From: Escherichia phage tootiki
Sequence record: MN850647.1
Length of the DNA stretch: 64,000 bases
Reading direction: 5' to 3' (one strand)
The position numbers were made by a program, and so were the translations under genes. The notes under the pieces were generated by a model that worked only from the letters and a program-made list of their open reading frames with translations, was not told where the DNA came from and made no database searches. Position 1 is the first letter of the stretch; each line of letters starts with the position of its first letter. Shown here piece after piece: positions 56,168-64,000 of this stretch.

Positions 56168-56509
56168 TTAACTGATGAATATTTTTTCAGGTTTTACATA
56201 GCTGATACGCTGACTTTTTAGCAGGTCATCCCAGATTAACGCGGCGATATGGGCATAACCGGATTCACGTAAAAGCTTCATTGTTTTACTTCTCGTTTCA
56301 AAACGGCTTGCGTAGTACTCACTATTTAAAACCGTTTTATTCCCTTCGTTATCTACATGGATAATCTGCATCACTTGAAAGGGGCTTGTGTCCTCGCCTT
56401 TGTTCCACTGTTCAAAGTATTTTAGGCACTGCATAGGTGACATCTTATCACTTACTTGAGTTGACCAAGATGAATTTTCTTTATCGGTAATTACGGTTAC
56501 ATAAGCCAT
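56168..56509 (-). CDS. hypothetical protein
   Basis: 113-aa ORF following the leader module. Confidence 0.55.
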   Translation of the reverse strand: MAYVTVITDKENSSWSTQVSDKMSPMQCLKYFEQWNKGEDTSPFQVMQIIHVDNEGNKTVLNSEYYASRFETRSKTMKLLRESGYAHIAALIWDDLLKSQRISYVKPEKIFIS

Positions 56510-56600
56510 TTTTGAATCTCCTAGTTTAAGGATTGTACTTAGTGGGGAAGGTCATTCCCTCCCCGTTGATTGACAATTTACAGATTTTTATCAGGCTTGT
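56510..56600 (-). promoter_or_regulatory. conserved promoter-leader module, class B
   Basis: TAGACA-N17-TAAATT, GGGGAGGGAATGACCTTCCCC hairpin, AGGAGA RBS. Confidence 0.5.
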
Positions 56601-56834
56601 CTAGTCTTTTTCAATGATAATTTCATACTGACCATCTACGCTGTCAAAATAGATACCGTCTTCATCTTCTGTCTTAAAGTAACATTGTATATCATCACTA
56701 GCGGGATAGTCTTGTCTTGCTATCTGACAGACCTGAACAGCATTTTCTTTACTTCCTGTAAACTCCTCAAGCCCTTTAAAATCACATGAATGACCATTAC
56801 AAATAGAAAGGATAAGATAAACGGTTGTAAGCAT
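56601..56834 (-). CDS. putative lipoprotein/secreted small protein
   Basis: N-terminal hydrophobic segment ending in Cys; preceded by hairpin AGCCCC/GGGGCT instead of the conserved module. Confidence 0.45.
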   Translation of the reverse strand: MLTTVYLILSICNGHSCDFKGLEEFTGSKENAVQVCQIARQDYPASDDIQCYFKTEDEDGIYFDSVDGQYEIIIEKD

Positions 56835-56900
56835 GATTTAAGCCTCTTAAAAGCCCCTGTGAGGGGCTAATCAGTGTTTATAAGGTGATTGCATAGGTTT

Positions 56901-57443
56901 TTAGAAAAAGCTCTTTAAATCTCTCTCTGTGATGTTTCCCGCTAGTGTATCCATGATGTCACAAAAAACCTGAATACTATCCGACTGTTGAATACTTTTA
57001 GCAAGAAGCTCCAGAGACTCATCAAGATAATTTAAATTTGGGTTATCCAATGAAGGAAGACAAAAAGGCGAAAACATCGCATTAAACTCGGTTACGTAAA
57101 CCTTTTTAATCCAATTTAAATCGAAGTATTCTGTAAAACTTGCTACGCCAGACATATTATCACAAGAATAATCATCATTCAGGTCATCCTCTGGGATATC
57201 AAGTTCTAAGATAACAATATTTTGGGTTTTCATCTGGAAAGCGGCCGTAATAGTGGCATTACCTAACGCTTGCTGGATGCCTTCGGCTGTTATCTCTTCC
57301 TCATCGTCGCCATAGATTTTATTTTCTGGATACACGTAAAAATTGCCGTCCATGTCCGAACAATTCCATGCACCTGATGGCTTGTCACCGTTATTAATCA
57401 GGTTGAGGAAATTTTCTTGAGTAGTACCGTGAAAGCATTTCAT
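56901..57443 (-). CDS. hypothetical acidic protein
   Basis: 180-aa ORF following a class A module. Confidence 0.55.
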   Translation of the reverse strand: MKCFHGTTQENFLNLINNGDKPSGAWNCSDMDGNFYVYPENKIYGDDEEEITAEGIQQALGNATITAAFQMKTQNIVILELDIPEDDLNDDYSCDNMSGVASFTEYFDLNWIKKVYVTEFNAMFSPFCLPSLDNPNLNYLDESLELLAKSIQQSDSIQVFCDIMDTLAGNITERDLKSFF

Positions 57444-57535
57444 TTTTGAATCTCCAGTTTAGGATTTAGTGGTAAAGCTCTTTATCTGGGGCTTACTTTA
57501 TCGAACTATAAGCCCCTTGTAAAGTACTTTATTTG
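57444..57535 (-). promoter_or_regulatory. conserved promoter-leader module, class A
   Basis: Minus-sense TTTACA-N17-TAAAGT overlapping hairpin GGGGCTTA...TAAGCCCC, then CCACTAAATCCTAAACTGGAGATTCAAAAATG. Confidence 0.5.
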
Positions 57536-57732
57536 TTATTTTTTACTACTTTTAAAACCGCACGATAGCCTAAGCAATAGGAATCACCGAAGAGCGACCG
57601 ACCCATGAAGGAGTCCTCTGTAATATCTTTCGCCGTGACGGTTTTTTCTACGCCGTGAAAGAGAACTACATCACCGACTTTAATATCTTTGATGTGTGTA
57701 GTTTCAATGGTTAAACCGTTAATAATAGCCAT
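57529..57732 (-). CDS. hypothetical small protein
   Basis: 67-aa ORF following a class B module. Confidence 0.5.
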   Translation of the reverse strand: MAIINGLTIETTHIKDIKVGDVVLFHGVEKTVTAKDITEDSFMGRSLFGDSYCLGYRAVLKVVKNNK

Positions 57733-57842
57733 TTTTGAATCTCCAGTTTAGGACTTTATTTAGTGGGGAAGGTCATTCCCGCCCCGTTGATGTGTAATTT
57801 AATCTATCTGAAAACCAATGTCAACAATTTTTTTTTTTTTTT
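57733..57842 (-). promoter_or_regulatory. conserved promoter-leader module, class B, preceded by A15 tract
   Basis: Minus-sense A15 tract (57828-57842), TTGACA-N17-TAAATT, GGGGCGGGAATGACCTTCCCC hairpin. Confidence 0.5.
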
Positions 57843-58245
57843 AGAGTTCTGCATAAATTGCATCACAGATACCACGAAAATCATGATTTGTCAAATTACG
57901 TTGTAACCAAGTGGCGAAAAAGTCAGCGATTGCAAAGTTAGCGTCATACTCGACAGATAGCCACACTTTAACAGCAAACCGAAACATTTTCAAATCAAGC
58001 TCTTTATTCATTACCTTAGATTTGCCTAACATGTCGGACATTTCATATTGTGCACCGTCTAGCGTGATACCTGCTGCAACGTCAGCCAATGAGTTTTTTA
58101 CGTTTTCAACGTCTAAGATAACGCTTTGAATCTTCCCAATAATGTTGTGCAATGTTTCGTCCGGTGCTGATGACGTAATAACATTAATCCGGTTAACGGT
58201 CAAACGTGCTTTTAAGATTGATAACTCGCGATTATTAATAGCCAT
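57841..58245 (-). CDS. hypothetical protein
   Basis: Start set at ATG 58245 (MAINN...) by leader alignment; ORF track start 58260 lies inside the module. Confidence 0.5.
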   Translation of the reverse strand: MAINNRELSILKARLTVNRINVITSSAPDETLHNIIGKIQSVILDVENVKNSLADVAAGITLDGAQYEMSDMLGKSKVMNKELDLKMFRFAVKVWLSVEYDANFAIADFFATWLQRNLTNHDFRGICDAIYAEL

Positions 58246-58331
58246 TTTTAAGTTCTCCAATTTAGGATTTAGTGGTAAAGCTCTTTATCTGGGGCTTACT
58301 TTATCGAACTATAAGCCCCTTGTAAAGTACT
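58246..58331 (-). promoter_or_regulatory. conserved promoter-leader module, class A
   Basis: Near-identical to the 57444, 59920 and 60299 modules. Confidence 0.5.
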
Positions 58332-58604
58332 TTATACTAAATGCAGCTTTTTACCTTTTACTATGATGTAACTCGATGCGCTATTGCTTTGCACATCCTG
58401 ATAAATTCTGCGCAAACGGCCTTCGTAGTATACTTTCCAACTGGTTGGAATCTTTTTCCCGTATCCTGTAGCAGTTTTTTGTAGTCCTGCAAGTTGCCAA
58501 TCTAAGATATGTTGTTCGGCTTGTAAATCCTCGAAGTGCATTACACCGTTCACATAGTGACGAAGGGTTATGTTTAAGGTGCGACCGTTGTTAGTAGTAT
58601 ACAT
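58332..58604 (-). CDS. hypothetical small protein
   Basis: 90-aa ORF. Confidence 0.5.
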   Translation of the reverse strand: MYTTNNGRTLNITLRHYVNGVMHFEDLQAEQHILDWQLAGLQKTATGYGKKIPTSWKVYYEGRLRRIYQDVQSNSASSYIIVKGKKLHLV

Positions 58605-58690
58605 TTTGAATCTCCTAGTTTAAGGACTTTGTTTAGTGGGGAGGTCATTACCTCCCGTTGATTAGTAATTTACTTGTTTTAAAAACCAAA
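58605..58690 (-). promoter_or_regulatory. conserved promoter-leader module, class B
   Basis: TTGATT-N17-TAAATT, GGGAGGTAATGACCTCCCC hairpin. Confidence 0.5.
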
Positions 58691-58691
58691 A

Positions 58692-59024
58692 TCAAGAGAA
58701 ATTTTTTCGTTTGCTCAATTCTTGAACAATTACAGCGTAGTAGTCTTTTAAGTCACTGACATTTAAAGCATTTATCAGAGAATTATAATCATCGACTAAC
58801 TGAAAATCATCTTTGAAAATGTCGCTGATTTGATAAGTTTTTGATTGAAATCTGAAGCTCATTTCTAGCCGCTTTATTTGCTCATCACTGAGGCGCCCTA
58901 GAAAGCTTTCTACAAGGTTATTGCTAACCTGCTGTGTGATTGCCTTATTTGCTAGATTATAGGCTTTATATGCCTTATATAGCGCGAAAATGGCAATGAT
59001 TGCAGTGATACCAGTCATTAACAT
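58692..59024 (-). CDS. small membrane protein
   Basis: N-terminal transmembrane segment ITAIIAIFALY; not preceded by the conserved module. Confidence 0.5.
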   Translation of the reverse strand: MLMTGITAIIAIFALYKAYKAYNLANKAITQQVSNNLVESFLGRLSDEQIKRLEMSFRFQSKTYQISDIFKDDFQLVDDYNSLINALNVSDLKDYYAVIVQELSKRKNFS

Positions 59025-59314
59025 GGTGTTTCCTCTTTACGTGATACTTTGCCATTTACAGTTATCTCATAAGAATCTAGTAAGTCACTTTTAGACTTTA
59101 CTGGACTTTTAAAAGTATCATCATAAATATTTACTTGCAATACAGGTTTTTTATACTCCCTGCAACTATTCCATAAGCAAATCACTACGCGACGGCCTTT
59201 TATTTTGCCGTGCAACCATTCCATAACATCATGATTATTTCTTGATGTCTCGATAAAATCAATTTTGTTGAGTAATTTGCTCAGATTTTCACGCACTTGA
59301 TTTGATAATTTCAT
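59018..59314 (-). CDS. hypothetical small protein
   Basis: 98-aa ORF following a class A variant module. Confidence 0.5.
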   Translation of the reverse strand: MKLSNQVRENLSKLLNKIDFIETSRNNHDVMEWLHGKIKGRRVVICLWNSCREYKKPVLQVNIYDDTFKSPVKSKSDLLDSYEITVNGKVSRKEETPC

Positions 59315-59400
59315 TTTAGAATCTCCTAGTTTAAGGGCTTTATTTGATAAATCTCTTTATCTGGGGCTATCTTACCAGCTTGATAACCCCGTGTAAAGAA
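59315..59400 (-). promoter_or_regulatory. conserved promoter-leader module, class A variant
   Basis: Same leader 3' end; divergent hairpin GGGGCTAT... Confidence 0.45.
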
Positions 59401-59406
59401 ATCTAT

Positions 59407-59919
59407 TTAGTTCTTAAAGATATTCATCACTGAGTCTTTCAACGATTCCAAACGTTCTAATACTTCAGTTTCTGCGTCTGAATTGTTCACCTCTTCTTTT
59501 AGTCTATCTTCTAAATCCTCACCGTCACTATAGCACCAATCGAAAGCGTAACCAATATAAAAGCTGTCTAAAACCGTTTTACCGTTTGCATCTACAACTT
59601 TCGCGGCAATGTTATACTCTGAAGCTTCTAAATCTCTTTCTAGTTCTTCCTGTAAGCTTGCGTAAGCCTCTTTTGATGGATTTTCCCGGCCTTGTTTTGC
59701 ATAGTCACTAGAAAGCTGCTTAAGGCTGTAATGTAAAGGGATTGCATATTTAAAATCATTACGCTGACAGTTAGGATTTTTAATCGTCACACCACCTTGA
59801 TGGTCATCTGTAAACTTCCAATTATCAAGATTATGGCTTGCTTCAAAGCAATTTACCGCTTCATAGATAATGGTGAATTTTTCTTTTACAACTTCAAAAG
59901 TAGCGTCTACAGTTTTCAT
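59407..59919 (-). CDS. hypothetical protein
   Basis: 170-aa ORF. Confidence 0.55.
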   Translation of the reverse strand: MKTVDATFEVVKEKFTIIYEAVNCFEASHNLDNWKFTDDHQGGVTIKNPNCQRNDFKYAIPLHYSLKQLSSDYAKQGRENPSKEAYASLQEELERDLEASEYNIAAKVVDANGKTVLDSFYIGYAFDWCYSDGEDLEDRLKEEVNNSDAETEVLERLESLKDSVMNIFKN

Positions 59920-60000
59920 TTTTGAATCTCCAATTTAGGATTTAGTGGTAAAGCTCTTTATCTGGGGCTTAAGATATCAACTTTTAAACCCCATGTAAAG
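59920..60000 (-). promoter_or_regulatory. conserved promoter-leader module, class A
   Basis: Shares the leader and first hairpin arm (GGGGCTTA) with the other class A copies; second arm and -35 region divergent. Confidence 0.5.
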
Positions 60001-60004
60001 TACT

Positions 60005-60298
60005 TTATTTGTTAATTTTCAGCTTTGCATAACTTCTCATTGTACGAATGGTGGATGTTAATGCTACGCGTCTAATGTATGCCTTTTTCGTGTATACATT
60101 TGTCTTCCCGATAGTGTTTACACATGTAAAAAGGTTTATCGGTGAATTTTTTAACTTCAACTGTTTATCAGCCTTCACGCCCCACCTTACAGCAGATTGT
60201 TTTCCGTTGTCAACCACTTTCCCGCATAACTTTTTAGCCATAACGCGAGCGTCATCACGAGTTTTTGCAGCAATTACAACGTTTTTGATAATAGCCAT
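60005..60298 (-). CDS. hypothetical protein
   Basis: Start set at ATG 60298 (MAIIKN...) by leader alignment. Confidence 0.5.
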   Translation of the reverse strand: MAIIKNVVIAAKTRDDARVMAKKLCGKVVDNGKQSAVRWGVKADKQLKLKNSPINLFTCVNTIGKTNVYTKKAYIRRVALTSTIRTMRSYAKLKINK

Positions 60299-60384
60299 TT
60301 TTAAGTTCTCCAATTTAGGATTTAGTGGTAAAGCTCTTTATCTGGGGCTTACTTTATCGAACTATAAGCCCCTTGTAAAGTACT
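60299..60384 (-). promoter_or_regulatory. conserved promoter-leader module, class A
   Basis: Near-identical to the 58246 module. Confidence 0.5.
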
Positions 60385-60591
60385 TTATTTATCGTAGTAG
60401 TAAATTGCTGTCTGTCTTGTAAACTTCTTAGTATTTCTTGTCAGATAGCAATTAGAATTAATAGCCGTTTCTACATAGTTGCAATAGTCAGCTTCTGATA
60501 TTCTAGACCATACGCCACAGATTTGCATGTAAAAACGTTTTACCTTTGTGTGAATGTTAGTTGTAACCATCAATTCGCGACTGTACAGCAT
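60385..60591 (-). CDS. hypothetical small protein
   Basis: 68-aa ORF following a leader variant. Confidence 0.45.
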   Translation of the reverse strand: MLYSRELMVTTNIHTKVKRFYMQICGVWSRISEADYCNYVETAINSNCYLTRNTKKFTRQTAIYYYDK

Positions 60592-60839
60592 TTTTAGATT
60601 CTCCAGTTTAGGAAGTGGGCTTGATTGCCCGTCTGATGCAGATATTAGATAACTATACTCAAAGAGTCAATAGGAATTTTAAAAATATTTTTTGCAAAAA
60701 TTGTAATGAAACGGGTGCGCGCGACTACCACAAAACAGAACTACAATCAAGAATTATTTTTCAATCCGCTACAAATTTTTCTGTTGACTTTTATTTCCAG
60801 ATGTGGTAGCCTTGTGAGAAATGGCGACATCCCCACCTG

Positions 60840-61040
60840 TACCCACCTACCTGCACAATTCTAAAATGATTTTTCTTGCCCGACCTGAGCGGGGTCTGCA
60901 CGTTTTGAAAATGAAAAAGCTCTTTGGAGATTACCTGCACAGTTTAAAAATGAATTTTCTCTTTGGAGTTCAAAATTCTCTCTACAGATTTCTCTACAGA
61001 ACTCTACCTGCACAAATCTGAAATGAAAAAGCCCTCCTTA
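60840..61040. promoter_or_regulatory. cluster of direct repeats upstream of the leftward small-gene array (candidate operator/promoter region)
   Basis: Three copies of TACCTGCACAnnTnTnAAATGA at 60848-60869, 60932-60953 and 61005-61026; repeated CTCTTTGGAG and AAATGAAAAAG. Confidence 0.5.
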
Positions 61041-61099
61041 CCTGAAAAATTTACCAGATAAGAAAGGCTTAGGCTATTGTGAATATCCTACAGAGTTTC

Positions 61100-61885
61100 T
61101 TAGTTCTTTGCGTCTAAGAAGGTAACTTCTGGTGAAGAGAAAACTGTCTCGATATCCTCATCAGTTCTTGCATAGATATAAGTATCTGCATCACTGCCAA
61201 ATGTTACTGCAATCCTGTGATTGCTCTTCGACAGGTGGGTAACTAGAGCGTTACTCAGAGACATCTTTTCAACCGGAGGGTTACTTTGATGTATCTTACC
61301 TTTTCTTCGTCTGAAGAGGGTAACTGCGTTATCTGTGAACACTGCTACACCTGCAAAGTATTCTGGTTCACAGTAGTTCTTCCAACCTGAGCGTAACTTG
61401 TGGTACATCTCTCCTTCGTAGACATAAAGATACACATCTACACTCTTCATCACCTGATTAATGATAACTGTGACGGCTTGAGGGTCTAGCCCACCGATAC
61501 CTGCACCAATCATAGGTAAACCAACCTTCTTCAACTGGTTGACTTCACAGTATCTGTTAAGCTGCTTCAAAGATGACTCTAAAGCACTGTATCGGGCATC
61601 TTTACCAGTCTTAAGCTGAGTGTAAAGGTTAGCTATACGGCCTTGTTCTAAACGTGCTACAGAGAAATTACCCAGTAAATTTTCACAGGGTTTGTGACCT
61701 ATACCACCTGCATAGAGGTAAACTTCTGTATCGGTCTCATATGCTTTTGGGTAAAGTTTAGAAATCTTGTCAGCGATACCTACACCCATTAAATTCATAC
61801 AGTTGCAACCGTGACCAATAATATCAAACTTACCTTTATCAAATGCTGAGAAGATATCCCCATTGATGATTTTTACAATACCCAT
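61100..61885 (-). CDS. macro-domain (ADP-ribose binding/processing) protein with C-terminal extension
   Basis: N-terminal IINGDIFSAFDKGKFDIIGHGCNCMNLMGVGIADKI matches the macro-domain pattern (GDIT ... DAIVNAAN ... GGGVAGAI) by eye. Confidence 0.55.
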   Translation of the reverse strand: MGIVKIINGDIFSAFDKGKFDIIGHGCNCMNLMGVGIADKISKLYPKAYETDTEVYLYAGGIGHKPCENLLGNFSVARLEQGRIANLYTQLKTGKDARYSALESSLKQLNRYCEVNQLKKVGLPMIGAGIGGLDPQAVTVIINQVMKSVDVYLYVYEGEMYHKLRSGWKNYCEPEYFAGVAVFTDNAVTLFRRRKGKIHQSNPPVEKMSLSNALVTHLSKSNHRIAVTFGSDADTYIYARTDEDIETVFSSPEVTFLDAKN

Positions 61886-62086
61886 TTAGCATCTCTCCCA
61901 AGATTCTTTATCTTCTGAAGGTTTTACACGTTGTCCTTCGTGGTCTACCCAGATACATCCACAACCTTCACAGATTACTGGCATTGCATAGCCAGCTTTA
62001 AAGTCATCTTCAGTGATAAGACCTTTTAAGTCACCTGTATCACGTCCGAACATTTCGATAGAACAGTCTTTGCAGAAGTCAGCCAT
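61886..62086 (-). CDS. Cys-rich small protein
   Basis: CKDC ... CEGCGC pairs; start at ATG 62086 after AGAGG. Confidence 0.45.
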   Translation of the reverse strand: MADFCKDCSIEMFGRDTGDLKGLITEDDFKAGYAMPVICEGCGCIWVDHEGQRVKPSEDKESWERC

Positions 62087-62306
62087 GAATAATTGCCTCT
62101 TGAATGATGATACCTTTACCACAACGACTTTTAAAGTTTTCCAATGGTTCAGAGATGAAGCCACGTAAGCAGTCAGTGAATACTAAGTTCTTCCTGTAAG
62201 CTATCACATCATTTGCTGTAAATGGGATGACCTCATTTCGTCCAATGAACACTGCTGACCTGATAAGTTTTCGTGCCTTTTTATCTCTGGCTAGTATTAC
62301 TTTCAT
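62079..62306 (-). CDS. hypothetical small protein
   Basis: 75-aa ORF with GAAGG upstream. Confidence 0.45.
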   Translation of the reverse strand: MKVILARDKKARKLIRSAVFIGRNEVIPFTANDVIAYRKNLVFTDCLRGFISEPLENFKSRCGKGIIIQEAIIHG

Positions 62307-62607
62307 AGTTTACCTTCTCGGTTAGCTCATATAAATCAACATGCTCAATACTATCAATGTTGATATCAATCTTTTTGAAACGCTCCTTCACTTCGTTGTC
62401 AGTCATCCATATCAGACACCAATGATTATGGATGGATTCTTCAAGAAGTTCAACACAATCTTTGAAAGTTTTTGTATCACTTCTCGTTCCAACTACTGCG
62501 ATTGTTCCATATAGCCACTTACCATTGCCATAAGACACTTGTGCTACGCCAACTTCTTTACCTTTCTCGTAGTAAACGGCTACAAAGTCTCTTCCATTAA
62601 TCTGCAT
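62281..62607 (-). CDS. hypothetical protein
   Basis: 108-aa ORF. Confidence 0.5.
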   Translation of the reverse strand: MQINGRDFVAVYYEKGKEVGVAQVSYGNGKWLYGTIAVVGTRSDTKTFKDCVELLEESIHNHWCLIWMTDNEVKERFKKIDINIDSIEHVDLYELTEKVNYESNTSQR

Positions 62608-62609
62608 AG

Positions 62610-62879
62610 TTACTTCCTCGTTTTAAGAACTGCTAAGATTTCTTTAGAGTCTGGTAAGAACCACGTGTAGTGATTCTCTTTGATTTCTGGATGAGTGTCA
62701 ACCTTTATTTTGCAGTCTTTACCGACATGCTTAAGCTGTGCTGTGACACCTTGCATAAAGATATGACACATCACATTATCCATAATGGTTGGTATGAAGT
62801 CAATTCGCATATAAGTTTCTTTTGGTCGCGGTAACAGTAAGTACCCTTCTACGTAAAAAGTATCTTCATGCTCTGTCAT
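62610..62879 (-). CDS. hypothetical small protein
   Basis: 89-aa ORF. Confidence 0.5.
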   Translation of the reverse strand: MTEHEDTFYVEGYLLLPRPKETYMRIDFIPTIMDNVMCHIFMQGVTAQLKHVGKDCKIKVDTHPEIKENHYTWFLPDSKEILAVLKTRK

Positions 62880-62881
62880 TG

Positions 62882-63145
62882 CTATTTATTTCCTAATAAA
62901 ATCATATCAATAAGGTTATTAGCTTTGATTGTGCACTGGTAAAATCCATCACGATAGAACTCAAGGGCTGCTGCTACATCACTGCCTGTGTTGCCTTTGA
63001 TGGTATACCGTGATTCTTCTTGAGTGTACTTGTCACTCTCACTTACTTGGGAGTTTTTGAATGTACTGTTCACTTTGTTCGTTGAACACCCTGACATAAT
63101 TATCAGTAACACAAACATTATAAAACTCTGGCTTAGTTTTTTCAT
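62882..63145 (-). CDS. lipoprotein (candidate o-spanin)
   Basis: Signal peptide with lipobox LIIMSGCS; AAGAGG upstream; overlaps the 3' end of the upstream membrane-protein gene in another frame. Confidence 0.45.
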   Translation of the reverse strand: MKKLSQSFIMFVLLIIMSGCSTNKVNSTFKNSQVSESDKYTQEESRYTIKGNTGSDVAAALEFYRDGFYQCTIKANNLIDMILLGNK

Positions 63146-63386
63146 ATGTTAGTACCTCTTTTGTATGCTTATTCTTAGCAAGCACATCTTTCAAATCATT
63201 TTTGTAATTGGTGCTCAGTGTGACTAAACCTTCCTGATAAGCATCTTTAGCAACACTGATTAGTTTCTCATTGTTTAGCTCAGCTTCAGCAACTTGATAG
63301 TCTCTGTAAGAGTATCCTCCCCAGACACCTGCTCCAACTAAGAAAACAATTATGAAAGTAGCTTGACAGAACTCTTTAAATGTCAT
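63039..63386 (-). CDS. membrane-anchored protein (candidate i-spanin)
   Basis: N-terminal transmembrane segment FIIVFLVGAGVWGGY followed by helical charged region. Confidence 0.4.
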   Translation of the reverse strand: MTFKEFCQATFIIVFLVGAGVWGGYSYRDYQVAEAELNNEKLISVAKDAYQEGLVTLSTNYKNDLKDVLAKNKHTKEVLTYEKTKPEFYNVCVTDNYVRVFNEQSEQYIQKLPSK

Positions 63387-63432
63387 TTAACAATCTCCTG
63401 AAATGAAAAAGGCTCCCGAAGGAGCCTGTGTA

Positions 63433-63969
63433 TTATTCTTGACTGTAATAGTTGACAAGTGAAATCGCTTGATTCATCAACAACTTATCAGCCTGTGCTC
63501 CGCGACCAGCTTGTAATGCCAGTTGGTATACCTCTGTAACATATTTGTTAGACATACCTTCACAGTAGTCATTATAGTCTTCCCAAAAGGAAAATGCAGC
63601 ATCACCATATAGGCGTAGTGTAATTAACATTGCTGCACGAATCCCAGAAGAATATTTCCGTTTTGCGTTTACTACACCTTTAAGCTGTACTTCAAGAGAA
63701 TCAATTTGTTCCAGCTCATTTTTAAAGTCATTAAGATATTTAACTGTTTCAGTGTTAGAGACCTGTTGTACACCGTAGTATGCAGCAACATATTTAATAG
63801 CAGTTGCCCAAGATGCTTTCATCAGTTCTGACTCTGGGTTGAAAGAAATCATCTTCATATTTCCGTAATAAACTTCTGAAGGTTTTTCTCTTGCTAACTC
63901 AGAGTCAAAATGAGTGTACAAATCTGTGACATCCAATATGGAGTTCACATGGTATATAACTGCAATCAA
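63433..63969 (-). CDS. hypothetical protein
   Basis: 178-aa ORF. Confidence 0.5.
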   Translation of the reverse strand: MIAVIYHVNSILDVTDLYTHFDSELAREKPSEVYYGNMKMISFNPESELMKASWATAIKYVAAYYGVQQVSNTETVKYLNDFKNELEQIDSLEVQLKGVVNAKRKYSSGIRAAMLITLRLYGDAAFSFWEDYNDYCEGMSNKYVTEVYQLALQAGRGAQADKLLMNQAISLVNYYSQE

Positions 63970-64000
63970 GTTTTCTGGTCGTGTCAGGTTACCAACTTTC

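Noticed and set aside
55336-60640. Possible CRISPR array, given highly conserved repeats of about 90 bp
   Set aside because: Repeats are separated by 200-600-bp protein-coding genes of variable length, fall into two classes, and end in an RBS and ATG; this is a promoter-leader module, not a CRISPR repeat-spacer array

Overview
This window reads as a segment of a virulent tailed-phage genome with five alternating strand blocks. (1) 1..3623 (-): a T7 gp4-like primase-helicase that runs off the left edge, a T4 gp1-like dNMP kinase and hypotheticals. (2) 3881..15062 (+): a family A DNA polymerase split by an ORF-less group I intron in polymerase motif B, followed by a free-standing HNH endonuclease, an ATP-dependent DNA ligase, small proteins, dihydrofolate reductase and thymidylate synthase. 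(3) 15101..38794 (-): a contractile-tail-type structural module, namely tail fibres with HxH repeats, baseplate, tape measure, tube, sheath, major capsid, prohead protease, portal and large terminase. (4) 39017..44210 (-): an array of about 26 tRNA genes whose anticodons cover all 20 amino acids, interleaved with an HNH endonuclease, a membrane protein and recurrent structured spacer elements, then a vWA-domain protein. (5) 46494..53449 (+) including a T4-type endolysin, a 1.6-kb ORF-free repeat-dense region, and 55087..63969 (-): an array of small genes, about ten of which carry a conserved promoter-plus-leader module, plus a macro-domain protein. The most unusual candidate is the combination of a vWA (MIDAS) protein resembling Ro60/Rsr with tRNA-like structured modules inside the tRNA array, which may be a phage Ro/Y-RNA-like ribonucleoprotein module. 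All calls are by eye from the sequence and ORF track; tRNA boundaries are approximate (about +/-3 nt), protein functions are motif-based inferences, and no database search was run. The overall gene content (contractile tail, large tRNA set, dhfr/thyA, homing endonucleases) is reminiscent of Felix O1-like phages, but that assignment is tentative.
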